Source of the DNA: Selaginella moellendorffii
Lineage: Eukaryota > Plantae > Lycopodiophyta
DNA: 47,344 bases
Reading direction: 5' to 3'
Assembly: GCF_000143415.4 (NCBI RefSeq)
Contig: NW_003314372.1
Span: 74,609-121,952, forward strand
A program made the position numbers and the translations under genes. Shown here one piece after another: positions 22,141-34,620 of the stretch (its first letter is position 1; every line of letters starts with the position of its first letter). The notes beneath the pieces were generated by a model. That model saw only the letters and a list, made by a program, of their open reading frames with translations, was not told where the DNA came from and did not search any database.

Positions 22141-22902
22141 TCAGCAAGCTTGTATTTCTGGCAGGTCTGCCAGAAATCCCTCAATATCAAGAAACACATT
22201 ATTGAATTCTTGAGGTTGCCCCCAGCAATTGGTTTGCACATCTCCACGTTGAACCCCACCAACAAACTCCTGACTAACTTGATCAGCAAACACTCCATCG
22301 CCAAGCTCGCTAGTTTGAGCAAACACTTCTTGCACACAATCACCAACAGGCCCTTGACCCAAGGCTGGCAGAAGCTCCCAACAACTGTTTTGATCAAAAG
22401 CCTCGTGAGATAAAGGTTGGGCACAATCGCCAACACCATAACCTTGCTCCCAATAAATAGTTTGATCAAAACCCGCAACACAATCACCCATAACTTGAGA
22501 TGATTCGCCTACAAATTCTTCCTGGACGACTGGAGCGATCTTGTCTACCCCATGGCTCTTTAAAGTTCTCTTATTTCCACCGGTGGGCGATAGCGATACG
22601 TCCCTTACCTTGCCACCTTGTGTCCATTTTCCCTTGCACGACCTACAAATATAGCGCGGCTGGTCGCGCTTGCCAGTACTCTTCTCGTTGTTGTAGTAAT
22701 CGAACCGCGTGTTGTAAGATTGGCACCTTGGGCACTGGTACACGTTGTCGGGAAGGTCGTGGTGCTCCCACACGCCGTACAAGTTTTGATCCCTCACCTC
22801 TTGGGCCGTGAGCTTGCAAGCCCTCTCGCTTCTCAGTCGACGCTTCTTTGTCGGCACCATGATACCGTCGTCTTCTCTACTTCTCTTGCTTGCTCTCGCC
22901 AT
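22141..22902 (-). CDS. Atypical Dof protein copy 3 (253 aa)
   Basis: Intact ORF; N-terminal half identical to copy 1 at the protein level. Confidence 0.9.
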   Translation of the reverse strand: MARASKRSREDDGIMVPTKKRRLRSERACKLTAQEVRDQNLYGVWEHHDLPDNVYQCPRCQSYNTRFDYYNNEKSTGKRDQPRYICRSCKGKWTQGGKVRDVSLSPTGGNKRTLKSHGVDKIAPVVQEEFVGESSQVMGDCVAGFDQTIYWEQGYGVGDCAQPLSHEAFDQNSCWELLPALGQGPVGDCVQEVFAQTSELGDGVFADQVSQEFVGGVQRGDVQTNCWGQPQEFNNVFLDIEGFLADLPEIQAC

Positions 22903-25074
22903 AGCTCGTACGATCCTAAAGGACTTGACCTTATTTATTTATATATGCACTAAAGTAAAGGCTGGGTTAGCTTAAACAGCGTAGCTTCCCACTAATCCTG
23001 TGCGCTTTAAGGTAAGAATATCAGTCGAAAGATGGATGGATATGCGGCATCCACATCGCAGCGGGCAAGAAGGAAAGAGTCTGTCGAGAAGCCAGGCATG
23101 CGCAAGTATTCTCATCACAATGTATGGCAAATGGTTTGGCTGTAAATACAATCAAGGCGCTAAAGGTTGATGATGGAAAACTGGTGAAGCTCAAGATCTA
23201 TCTATAGGCATTTCCATCCACGCTGTCCAGAGCGACGAGCTGTGGCTGTGACACAGATGCCTTTGTCAGCACCTTGTTGAAGATGGAAGTGCCGTGTTTG
23301 ACAGGCGTTCATTCCTCCGACTATGATCCAGGCCTACACTGAAAAAACGGCGAACCACGCATTGTATCCAAGCATCAAACTGTTCCATGACACAGTTGAA
23401 AAATCCAGCCTGTCGAACACTCCACGAGCATCCACACTCGGCACAGGCTCGGCACACATGCGAATCAAAACCGCTCGGATTTTCACCGACTCAAACTTGA
23501 TCACGCGTTTCTTCTCAGTCGCATCATCCAGTACGCTATCTTCTTCGGTTGCCAGGAGGGAGCAGGCCTTCAACGCAGCCACAATCGTTCGAGGATGGCT
23601 GACAGTAAATAGTTCTCATGCGTGAAAACAAATGGAGAGCGGAGCGCACGGGCTTGGTTCTCGAGTGGAGCTGTTTCCATTCATGAAACGATCCGGGGTT
23701 TTCTCACCTTTGTGGCTGCGTTGAAAGCTTGCGCTAGTTTGGATAAGCAAACTTGTTGAAAGGAGTTACGAGTGCTCGTCCTTTCAACATGGTGACTTGT
23801 GAGGCAAACTCTTATTCCTGCTCTCCAGGAAATGATCGAAGACTCGTCTGGGGAGCCAAACGTAGAAGAACTTGACGAGGTAAGAAAAACTTCTTAGTTT
23901 TCTCCTCTTGAGAAGTGGATTTCCCTTGTTGTCACAGATCTGCAGAGATTGTGATACTAGGGTTCTCAAGGTGGCTTCTCACCGAGGAGGCAACCACTGT
24001 CGCTTCACTTTTAGATATTCTATGTTTAAAGTTCCGATTGCAATCTACTTGCCACAGAGGAATTTCGGGAACTCAAGATTATGCTATGTTAGAATATACT
24101 CAAACCACAAACCAAAATATTGCTTAATTTGTTTATGTTAACTTATCTACTTTAGAGGTGGATATATTCTAAGTATATGCTCTCTAGATCCATATTCTCC
24201 CATATGACCTAAAAAACATGAGAGTGTTGTTGTAGCTCCCCTATCGTGGTGTTGGTAGGGACAGGGCAAAAGTTGTACTACTGGTAGAAGTTACACATTC
24301 CAAGTCTGGATGCCGTTACATTCTAGGGTGATGAGTTTATTTTCAATGTTCTTGCTCCTTGTTCTCATTCTCTTTTTCAGTTGTCCCAGTGGTCTCCAAG
24401 ACCCTCTAAAAACATGTATTAGTGACAAGTAGGAACAATTGTAATAGCATAACTAGCATTTTAGTGATTAGCTTTGTTGTCAGTCCAAGTGTGTCTGATA
24501 GTGCGGGTACTTGCACCAATCTTCCCTTTTGTTATCAAAACAACATTATAAAAACACTAAAGGTCGTGATTGCTTTTGAAAGTTTGATCTCCTTGAAAAA
24601 AGAGAAGTTTAGTTTTTTTGGCTCCTAACCGCTCAGTCTTCGCTTGCCGAAATTCCTCTCAGATCGCTTATTTTACTTTTGGATAAAGTTCAAAATCGGA
24701 GAACTAGAATGGATCACCAAAGATTTCTTACAGTTAGAAGGAAGCAGAGTAGCTCCCGTCCTTGCCCTCAGGCTGACCAGGTGGAAGATTTGATAGTGTG
24801 CTCCAGCAATCCATCTAGCATGGTGGTGCTTGAGGACAGGCGGCAGAAATGCCTGACGACGAGGGTGTTCTACTCAGTCCCAAACCAGTCATGGAGAATC
24901 CTGGGGTGAGAAATTTGGTCCTCGAGATGCCCATGTTCAGCAAAAACTCCTGGTTTGTGTCATTCTCCCCTTCGTCATGACCCAGCCACATATGGCAGTT
25001 TCAAGAAGCTAAACAAGCCTCATATGAAGGGAGTCCAAAGCTAATTTGTATATTTTTATATGTGTGTTGCATGC

Positions 25075-25650
25075 ATAATATTTAGTTTGCTTAATAATAG
25101 TACTATTTCTATTTACTGGTTGGTAGTGAATATACTTAGAATATACTTGGATACTCTGGGATATTTTACTTTCTAATGGTTGTTATTCATTTAAATTAAT
25201 TATGTACTTATAATTTATAAACATTCCTAAACAATTTCTAGCATATTCTAGTTTGTTCTGAAAGTTGATATTTAATCTTGTGTTTATAAATTATAAACAT
25301 GTTATAATCATAACCTTCCAATTGATCAATATAATTAATAAATAATAAGCACTATTATTAAGCAAACCAAGCTTTGCTGCATGCAATGCACAACAAATTT
25401 TTAATCTAGTTGATCAAGTGGAAGTTTATAACTTATAAACACAAGATTAATCTTATTATATATCAACCATTAAATAGTAGAATAAATTAGAATAACTGCT
25501 TAGGAAAGTTTGTAACTTATAAATGTGTTTATAAATTATAAATTCAAGATTAAATATAAATTAATAACAACTGTTAAATTGTAGAATATCCCAGAAAATT
25601 CAAGTATATTCTAGATATATTCATTACCCTTACTTAAGAAAACCAAAAAT
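25075..25650. mobile_element. Nested HINE-like pair (unit 3 spacer)
   Basis: Same termini and hairpin as 18225-18805. Confidence 0.6.
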
Positions 25651-25703
25651 TCTGAAAAAATTAGCAACTATATATAAGGGCTTTTGACAAAAATTTCCAT
25701 AAA

Positions 25704-26465
25704 TCAGCAAGCTTGTATTTCTGGCAGGTCTGCCAGAAATCCCTCAATATCAAGAAACACATCATTGAATTCTTGAGGTTGCCCACAGCAATTGGTTTGC
25801 ACATCTCCACCTTGAACCCCACCAACAAACTCTTGACTAACTTGATCAGCAAACACTCCATCGCCAAGCTCGCTAGTTTGAGCAAACACTTCTTGCACAC
25901 AATCACCAACAGGCCCTTGACCCAAGCCTGGCAGAAGCTCCCAATAACTGTTTTGATCAAAAGCCTCGTGAGATAAACGTTGGGCACAATCACCAACACC
26001 ATAACCTTGCTCCCAATAAATAGTTTGATCAAAACCCGCAGCATAATCACCCATAACTTGAGATGATTCGCCTACAAATTCTTCCTGGACGACTGGAGCG
26101 ATCTTGTCTCCCCCATGGCTCTTTAAAGTTCTCTTATTTCCACCGGTGGGCGATAGCGATACGTCCCTTACCTTGCTACCTTGTGTCCATTTTCCCTTGC
26201 ACGACCTACAAGCGTAGCGCGGCTGGTCGCGCTTGCCAGTACTCTTCTCGTTGTTGTAGTAATCGAACCGCGTGTTGTAAGATTGGCACCTTGGGCACTG
26301 GTACACGTTGTCCGGAAGGTCGTGGTGCTCCCACACGCCGTACAAGTTTTGATCCCTCACCTCTTGGGCCGTGAGCTTGCAAGCCCTCTCGCTTCTCAGT
26401 CGACGCTTCTTTGTCGGCACCATGATACCGTCGTCTTCTCTACTTCTCTTGCTTGCTCTCGCCAT
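25704..26465 (-). CDS. Atypical Dof protein copy 4 (253 aa; WTQGS variant)
   Basis: Intact ORF; GG changed to GS after the zinc finger. Confidence 0.9.
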   Translation of the reverse strand: MARASKRSREDDGIMVPTKKRRLRSERACKLTAQEVRDQNLYGVWEHHDLPDNVYQCPRCQSYNTRFDYYNNEKSTGKRDQPRYACRSCKGKWTQGSKVRDVSLSPTGGNKRTLKSHGGDKIAPVVQEEFVGESSQVMGDYAAGFDQTIYWEQGYGVGDCAQRLSHEAFDQNSYWELLPGLGQGPVGDCVQEVFAQTSELGDGVFADQVSQEFVGGVQGGDVQTNCCGQPQEFNDVFLDIEGFLADLPEIQAC

Positions 26466-28689
26466 AGCCCGTACGATCCTAAAGGACTTGACCTTATTTA
26501 TTTATATATGCACTAAAGTAAAGGCTGGGTTAGCTTAAACAGCGTATATTCCCACTAATCCTGGACGGTTTAAGGTAAGAATATCAGTCGAAAGATGGAT
26601 GGATATGCGGCATCCACATCGCAGCGCGCAAGAAGAAAAGAGTCTGTCGAGAAGCCAGGCATGCGCAAGTATTCTCATCACAATGTATGGCAAATGGTTT
26701 GGCTGTAAATACAATCAAGGCGCTAAAGGTTGATGATGGAAAACTGGTGAAGCTCAAGATCAATCTATAGGCATTTCCATCCACGCTGTCCAGAGCGACG
26801 AGCTGTGGCTGTGACACAGATGCCTTTGTCAGCACCTTGTTGAAGATGGAAGTGCCGTGTTTGACAGGCGTTCATTCCTCCGACTATGATCCAGGCCTAC
26901 ACTGAAAAAACGGCGAGCCACGCATTGTATCCAAGCATCAAACTGTTCCATGACACAGTTAAAAAATCCAGCCTGTCGAACACTCCACGAGCGTCCACAC
27001 TCGGCACTCGGCACGGGCTCGGCACACATGCGAATCAAAACCGCTCGGATTTTCACCGACTCAAACTTGATCACGCGTTTCTTCTCAGTCGCATCATCCA
27101 GTACGCTATCTTCTTCGGTTGCCAGGAGGGAGCAGGCCTTCAACGTAGCCACAATCGTTCGAGGATGGCTGACAGTAAATAGTTCTCATGCGTGAAAACA
27201 AATTGAGAGCGGAGCGCACGGGCTTGGTTCTCGAGTGGAGCTGTTTCCATTCATGGAACGATCCGGGGTTTTCTCACCTTTGTGGCTGCGTTGAAAGCTT
27301 GCGCTAGTTTGGATAGGCAAACTTGTCAAACTCCGTGCTTTAGAAGATGGCATGGCTATCGCTTTGGAACTCTTCTTTCGGATGGAGCTGAAAGGTGTCA
27401 CGAGTGCTCATCCTCTCAACATGGTGACTTGTGAGGCAAACTCTTATTCCTGGTCTCCAGGAAATGATCGAAGACTCGTCTGGCGGAGCCAAACATAGAA
27501 GAACTTGACGAGGTAAGAAACACTTCTTAGTTTTCTCCTCTTGAGAAATGGATTTCCCTTGTTGTCACAGATCTACAGAGATTGTGATACTAGGGTTCTC
27601 AAGGCGGCTTCTCACAGAGGAGGCAACCACTGTCGCTTCACTTTTAGATATTATGTTTTGTGCTTTTAATTACATGTACTTGCCAACATTTATGGAATTT
27701 CGGGAACTCAAGATTATGTTATGTTAGAATATACTCAAACCACAAACCAAAATAGCTTAATTTGATCGGCGGGCCCCACGACGGGATATGTTATGTTATG
27801 TTATCTACTTTAGAGGTTATGCTCTCTAGATCCATATTCTCCCAAATGACCTAAAAAACATGAGCAAGGTGGTGGCACAGAATATGCCGCGGTATCAGAC
27901 ATTCTTTATACCTCCACCTTCCCGTTTTTTAAAGTAGCTGTAGCTCCCCTATCGTGGTGTTGGTAGGGACAGGGCAAAAGTATGTTGTACTACTGGTAGA
28001 AGTCACACATTCCAAGTCTGGATGCCGTCAATTACATTCTAGGGTGATGAGTTTATTCTCAATGTTCTTGCTCCTTGTTCTCTCATTCTCTTCTTCAGTT
28101 GTCCCAGTGGCCTCATGCCTCTAGCATCTAAAAACATGTATTAGTGACAAGTAGGAACAATTGTAATAGCATAACTAACATTTTAGTGACTAGCTTTGTT
28201 GTCAGTCCACAAGAGACCCTGATAGTGCGGGTACTTGCACCAATCTTACATTATAAAAGCACTAAAGGTCGTGATTGCTTTTGGAAAGTTTGATCTCCTT
28301 GAAAAAAGAATAGTTTAGTTTTTTTGGCTCCTAACCAGTCTTCGCTTGCCGAAATTCCTCTCAGATTGCTTATTTTACTTTTGGATAAAGTTCAAAATCG
28401 GAGAACTAGAATGGATCACCAAAGATTTCTTACAGTTAGAAGGAAGCAGAGAAGCTCCGGTCCTTGCCCTCAGGCTGACCAGGTAGAAGATTTGATGTGC
28501 CTGGCAAATGCTGGCAGTGTGCTCCAGCAATCCATCTAGCATGGTGATGCTTGAGAACAGGTGGCAGAAATGCCTGACGACAAGGGTGTTCTAGTCAATC
28601 CTACAAACCAGTCATGAAGAATCCTGGGGTGAGAAATTTTGCCCATGTTCAGCAAAAACTCCTAATTTGTATATTTTTAAAATGTGTGT

Positions 28690-29420
28690 GCAATATTTAG
28701 TTTGCTTAATAATAGTATTATTTCTATTTATTGGTTTGCTTAGTGGTAGTGAATATACTTAGAATATACTTGGATACTCTGGGATATTCTACTATCTAAT
28801 GGTTGTTATTCATTTAAATTAATCATGTATTTATAATTTATAAACATTCCTAAACACTTTCTAGCATATTTTAGTTTCTTCTGAAAGTTGATATTTAATC
28901 TTGTGTTTATGAATTATAAACATGTTATAATCATAAAATTGATCAATATAATTAATGAATAATAAGCACTATTATTAAGCAAACCAAGCTTTGCTGCATG
29001 CAATGCACAGCAAATTTTTAATCTAGTTGATCAAATGGAAGTTTATAATTTATAAACACAAGATTAATCTTATTATATATCAACCATTAAATAGTAGAAC
29101 AATTGATCAATATAATTAAAAAATAATAAGCATTATTATTAAGCAAACCAAGCTTTGCTGCATGCAATGCACAACAAATTTTTAATATAGTTGATCAAAT
29201 GGAAGTTTAAAATTTATAAACACAAGATTAGTCTTATTATATATCAACCATTAAATAGTAGAATAAATTAGAATAACTTTATATTTTATAAATGTGTTTA
29301 TAAATTATAAATTCAAGATTAAATATAAATTAATAACAACTGTTAAATGGTAGAATATCCCAGAAAATTCAAGTATATTCTAGATATATTCATTACCCTT
29401 ACTTAAGAAAACCAAAAATT
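28690..29420. mobile_element. Nested HINE-like pair with ~165 bp internal duplication (unit 4 spacer)
   Basis: Plus element starts ttggtttgcttag at 28731; hairpin tttgctg...cagcaaa at 28990-29014; the element end plus flank is repeated at ~29101-29260. Confidence 0.6.
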
Positions 29421-29472
29421 CTGAAAAAATTGGCAACTATATATAAGAGCTTTTGACAAAAATTTCCATGAA

Positions 29473-30225
29473 TCAGCAAGCTTGTATTTCTGGCAGGTCT
29501 GCCAGAAATCCCTCAATATCAAGAAACACATCATTGAATTCTTGAGGTTGCCCCCAGCAATTGGTTTGCACATCTCCACGTTGAACCTCACCAACAAACT
29601 CCTGACTAACTTGATCAGCAAACACTCCATCGCCAAGCTCGCTAGCTTGAGCAAACACTTCTTGCACACAATCACCAACAGGTCCTTGACCCAAGGCTGG
29701 CAGAAGCTCCCAACAACTGTTTTGATCAAAAGCCTCAGGTTGGGCACAATCACCAACACCATAACCTTGCTCCCAATAAATAGATTGATCAAAACCCACA
29801 ACACAATTACCCATAACTTGAGATAATTCGCCTACAAATTCTTCCTGGACGACTGGAGTGATCTTGTCTCCCCCATGGCTCTTTGAAGTTCTCTTATTTC
29901 CACCAGTGGGCGATAGCGATACGTTCCTTACCTTGCCACCTTGTGTCCATTTTCCCTTGCACGACCTACAAGCGTAGCGCGGCTGGTCGCGCTTGCCAGT
30001 ACTCTTCTCGTTGTTGTAGTAATCGAACCGCGTGTTGTAAGATTGGCACCTTGGGCACTGGTACACGTTGTCCGGAAGGTCGTGGTGCTCCCACATGCCG
30101 TACAAGTTTTGATCCCTCACCTCTTGGGCCGTGAGCTTGCAGGCCCTCTCGCTTCTCAGTCGACGCTTCTTTGTCAGCACCATGATACCATCGTCTTCTC
30201 TACTTCTCTTGCTTGCTCTCGCCAT
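29473..30225 (-). CDS. Atypical Dof protein copy 5 (250 aa)
   Basis: Intact ORF with a 3-aa in-frame deletion (LSH). Confidence 0.9.
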   Translation of the reverse strand: MARASKRSREDDGIMVLTKKRRLRSERACKLTAQEVRDQNLYGMWEHHDLPDNVYQCPRCQSYNTRFDYYNNEKSTGKRDQPRYACRSCKGKWTQGGKVRNVSLSPTGGNKRTSKSHGGDKITPVVQEEFVGELSQVMGNCVVGFDQSIYWEQGYGVGDCAQPEAFDQNSCWELLPALGQGPVGDCVQEVFAQASELGDGVFADQVSQEFVGEVQRGDVQTNCWGQPQEFNDVFLDIEGFLADLPEIQAC

Positions 30226-30720
30226 AGCTCGTACGATCCTAAAGGACTTGACCTTATTTATTTATATATGCACTAAAGTAAAGGCTGGGTTAGCTTAAAA
30301 AGCGTAGATTCCCACTAATAATACAATCAAGGCGCTAAAGGTTGATGATGGAAAACTGGTGAAGCTCAAGATCAATCTATAGGCATTTCCATCCACGCTG
30401 TCCAGAGCGACGAGCTGTGGCTGTGACACAGATGCCTTTGTCAGCACCTTGTTGAAGATGGAAGTGCCGTGTTTGACAGGCGTTCATTCCTCCGACTATG
30501 ATCCAGGCCTACACTGAAAAAACGGCGAGCCGCACATTGTATCCAAGCATCAAACTGTTCCATGACACAGTCGAAAAATCCAGCCTGTCGAACACTCCAC
30601 GAGCGTCCACACTCGGCACGGGCTCGGCACACACGCGAATCAAAACCGCTCGGATTTTCACCGACTCAAACTTGACCACGCGTTTCTTCTCAGTCGCATC
30701 ATCCAGTACGCTATCTTCTT

Positions 30721-33163
30721 CTCGAGAAGAATGCGAAGGATTCTCTCGAGGAGGTTGAAACGTATAAGAAGAACGTTTCGGTCCAAGAGGAATAGGCTAA
30801 GGAGTGGATGGAAAAAGAGAAAGATGTTGAGCGTCTTCTTCAAGAAGCTCAGGCGAGAGGAGATGCTGCTGAAGAAAGCAGCAAATCATGGCAGGCCGAA
30901 TGCGAAGACTTGAAAGAAAAGGTGGCAGCCGCTTCCAAAATTGAGGCGATCTTGAAGGAAACAGAAGCTCAACTACAGCTTCTTCAACAGACGGCAGCTG
31001 ACGCCGAGAGCAAGATCACGGCATTGGAGTCCAAGTTGCGCTCCGCAGAGGAATCTGCCGCAGGCCACGAAGGTGATGCTCAAAAGCATCTGATGAAGGT
31101 GGCGGAACTTAGCGAGAGCCTGACAAGTATCGAAGCCATTGCCGCTGCTTCTGAAGAAAAGCTTAAGTCGAGCGAGCTTGTGATTAGTGGCTTGCGGAGT
31201 GATTTGGAAGAGGCAAAGTCAACAGCAGAGAAACACGTGGCGACTGCAGCTGGCATTCAGGCAAAGCACGACGATCTTCAAAAGGAACTCCATGAGAAGC
31301 TGAGCCTGGCCGACGAGAAATACCAAAACTACGAGCGAAGCTTGGAAGAGTCCTCGGCAACGACCTCGCAGTTAAAAGAGTCTCTCCTGGCTCTTCAAAG
31401 TCAAGCTAACGAAGCCGCAGAATTGACTACAAAACTGCAAGCGGAGCTTCAAGATTCCAAGGACAGGGAAGCGAAGCTCGCTGAGCAGCTCGAAGCGTCC
31501 AGAGCAGCGGGTGAAAAGCAAGAGGCAGATTATAAAGCGGCATTGAATGAGCTTCAAGAATCACTGACGAGACAGACGGAGGAGGCGTCCTCTAGACACG
31601 AAGCTCTTGCGAGAGATTTGAGCTCCGGCGTGGAAAGAGAGAAGGAACTTGAACACAAGCTTCGGACGGTGGAGGAGACGTCTGCGATTCACGAGAAGTC
31701 CAGCAACGAGTATAGCCAGAAATCTGCGCAGCTCGAGGACAAGCTGCGTGAAATCCAGGCAGAACTTTCCACTCACGCGGCAAAGGCTTCCGAGCTCGAA
31801 GGAGTTGTGGAGAGCTCTCGTCAAATGCATGTGACACTTCAAGGGAGCGTCGAAGCTGCCGAGAGCAAATCTGCGCATTACGAAGAGCTCGCCAACGTCT
31901 CCAACAAGAAGGTTACGGAGCTGGGGGAGGAGATGTCGAGTTTACATTCGAAACTGGCATCTCTAGAGAAGGTTCTGGCGAGCCAGGAAGAAACTCTGAA
32001 GGCGGCTGTTGACACCGAGGCGGAGCTACGTCAACAGCTCAAGCTCGCAGAAGAAACTTCAGCAATGCACGAGGCAACAGCAGGCGAACGAGAAAAGGTG
32101 GCCTCGGAAAGAGAGCAGGAGCTCTCGGCTGTGAACTCCAAGCTGACAGCTTTGAAAGAGACCTTGGCTGGCCAAGAGGAGACTCTCAAGTCGGCTTTCC
32201 AAGCCGAGGCAGAACTGCGAGGCAAGCTTTCGAGCGCAGAAGAAGCTACGGCAAAGCATCAGGCTGACGCAGGGGAGAGCCAGAGAGCCGCAGCGGAGAA
32301 GATCACCGCTCTGGAGAGTACCATCGAGAAGCTGGCGGAGAAGCTGGCTAATACGGAGGAGGTGCTCGAGGCCACCAAACAAGAGGCTGCGAGATCCAAA
32401 GACGCTGAAAGTAAGAAGGTGCAAGAGCTCGAGAAGGAAGCCGAGGCTATGGCATCAAACTTTCAAGCAGAGCTCGTGAAGGTCCAAGGTGTGGCGAGCT
32501 CTCTGGAGGAAAAACTGGACGAAGCAGCTCGACTCATTTCTGAGCAGGAGAAGACGATCTCGCGAATGCAGGAGAGCGAGGCCCAGCAGCGAGATGGCTA
32601 CGCATCGGACACCAAGTCGCTCCTCGCCAAGCTAAGCGCGATGAGCGAAGAGTTTTCCAAGGAAAAGCATAATGAGGTAACTCTTGCTTGGTCTTCTTCT
32701 TTCCTTCTAATACTTTGTGATGGACGCCAGATATCTAGTGTCAAAGGCGAGAGAGAGGATCTTCGTAAGAAGCTGAGTGAGATCCACGTAAATGGAGCGT
32801 TTGCCAAGAAGTTGGAGACTCGTCCGGCGGAGCCAGCCGTTGAAGAAGTCGAGGTAAGGAACCACACTTCTATAGTTTTCTCTCCTTCTTCCTCGCTTGC
32901 TGCTAAGACATGGATTTTCATCTTCGTCACAGATGAGAAGTATCTCCAGAGATTTTGATACCGGAGCTCTCAAGGCAACGCCGAGGAGGAGGAAAGGAGC
33001 GGCTTCTTCCGCGGGAGTTGTGGAGGAGGAGACGAGCAGTGGCAAGGACAAAGTGGTGGGAAAGCAGGGCAAGGCTTCCTCCGGGTTCCTGGGAGCAACC
33101 ATTGTCGCGGTTTCTGTGAGCTCCTTCTTCGTCGGCTTACTGGTGGACAGGAAACAATTTTGA
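30721..33163 (+). pseudogene. 5'-truncated duplicate of the coiled-coil gene; ORF open from ATG 30808 and TM exon retained
   Basis: Near-identical to 12597-15048. Lacks the promoter and first ~300 codons; CAG changed to TAG just before ATG 30808; 9-nt in-frame deletion. Confidence 0.8.
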
Positions 33164-33340
33164 GAGAGAGAAAGAAAAAGTATATATTTTTTCTTATCTT
33201 TGCGGCTTTTCATATTCTAAATTATTTGACATACAGATTGAAATATAATTCTATGTAGGCTTCTACTCATCAAACAAATGAAAACTCTCTGGAGACCCTG
33301 GGATCCAACTATAAATTCTTTTAAAAAAAATTTCCATGAA

Positions 33341-34102
33341 TCAGCAAGCTTGTATTTCTGGCAGGTCTGCCAGAAATCCCTCAATATCAAGAAACACATC
33401 GTTGAATTCTTGAGGTTGCCCCCAGCAATTGGTTTGCGCATCTCCACCTTGAACCCCACCAAGAAACTCCTGACTAACTTGATCAGCAAACACTCCATCG
33501 CCAAGTTCACTAGTTTGAGCAAACAGTTCTTGCTCACAATCACCAACAGGCCCTTGACCCAAGCCTGGCAGAAGCTCCCAATAACTGTTTTGATCAAAAG
33601 CCTCGTGAGATACAGGTTGGGCACAATCACCAACACCATAACCTTGCTCCCAATAAGTAGTTTGATCAAAACCCACAACAAAATCACCCATAGCTTGAGA
33701 TGATTCGCCTACAAATTCTTCCTGGACGACTGGAGCGATCTTGTCTCCCCCATGGCTCTTTAAAGTTCTCTTATTTCCACCAGTGGGCGATAGCGATACG
33801 TCCCTTACCTTGCCACCTTGTGTCCATTTTCCCTTGCACGACCTACAAGCGTAGCGCGGCTGGTCGCGCTTGCCAGTACTCTTCTCGTTGTTGTAGTAAT
33901 CGAACCGCGTGTTGTAAGATTGGCACCTTGGGCACTGGTACACGTTGTCCGGAAGGTCGTGGTGCTCCCACACGCCGTACAAGTTTTGATCCCTCACCTC
34001 TTGGGCCGTGAGCTTGCAGGCCCTCTCGCTTCTCAGTCGACGCTTCTTTGTCAGCACCACGATACCATCGTCTTCTCTACTTCTCTTGCTTGCTCTCGCC
34101 AT
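33341..34102 (-). CDS. Atypical Dof protein copy 6 (253 aa)
   Basis: Intact ORF; like copy 1, it is convergent with a coiled-coil gene 3' end. Confidence 0.9.
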   Translation of the reverse strand: MARASKRSREDDGIVVLTKKRRLRSERACKLTAQEVRDQNLYGVWEHHDLPDNVYQCPRCQSYNTRFDYYNNEKSTGKRDQPRYACRSCKGKWTQGGKVRDVSLSPTGGNKRTLKSHGGDKIAPVVQEEFVGESSQAMGDFVVGFDQTTYWEQGYGVGDCAQPVSHEAFDQNSYWELLPGLGQGPVGDCEQELFAQTSELGDGVFADQVSQEFLGGVQGGDAQTNCWGQPQEFNDVFLDIEGFLADLPEIQAC

Positions 34103-34294
34103 AGCTCGTACGATCCTAAAGGACTTGACCTTATTTATTTATATATGCACTAAAGTAAAGGCTGGGTTAGCTTAAACAGCGTAGATTCCGTGCGGTTTAA
34201 GGTAGTCTAGAGCGCTGAAAGATGGAAGGAGCGATCAAGGTATGCATCCACATCGCAGAGGGCAAGAAGGAAAGAGTCTGTCGAGAAGCCAGGT

Positions 34295-34620
34295 ATGCAT
34301 AGCGTACTGGATGATGCGACTGAGAAGAAACGCGTGATCAAGTTTGAGTCGGTGAAAATCCGAGCGGTTTTGATTCGCATGTGTGCCGAGCCCGTGCCGA
34401 GTGTGCACGCTCGCGGAGTGTTCGACAGGGCACTGGATTTTTCGACTGTGTCATGGAACAGTTTGATGCTTGGATACGGAGCGCACGGGCTTGGTTCTCG
34501 AGTCGAGCTGTTTCCATTCATGGAACGATCCGGGGTTGAAAGCTTTGTGGCTGCGTTGAAAGCTTGCGCTAGTTTGGATAGGCAAACTTGTCAAACTCCG
34601 TGCTTTAGAAGATGGCATGG
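34295..34620 (+). pseudogene. PPR fragment in collinear orientation (unit 6)
   Basis: ARGVFDRALDFSTVSWNSLMLGYGAHGLGSRVELFPFMERSGVESFVAALKACASL reads on one strand. Confidence 0.75.
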
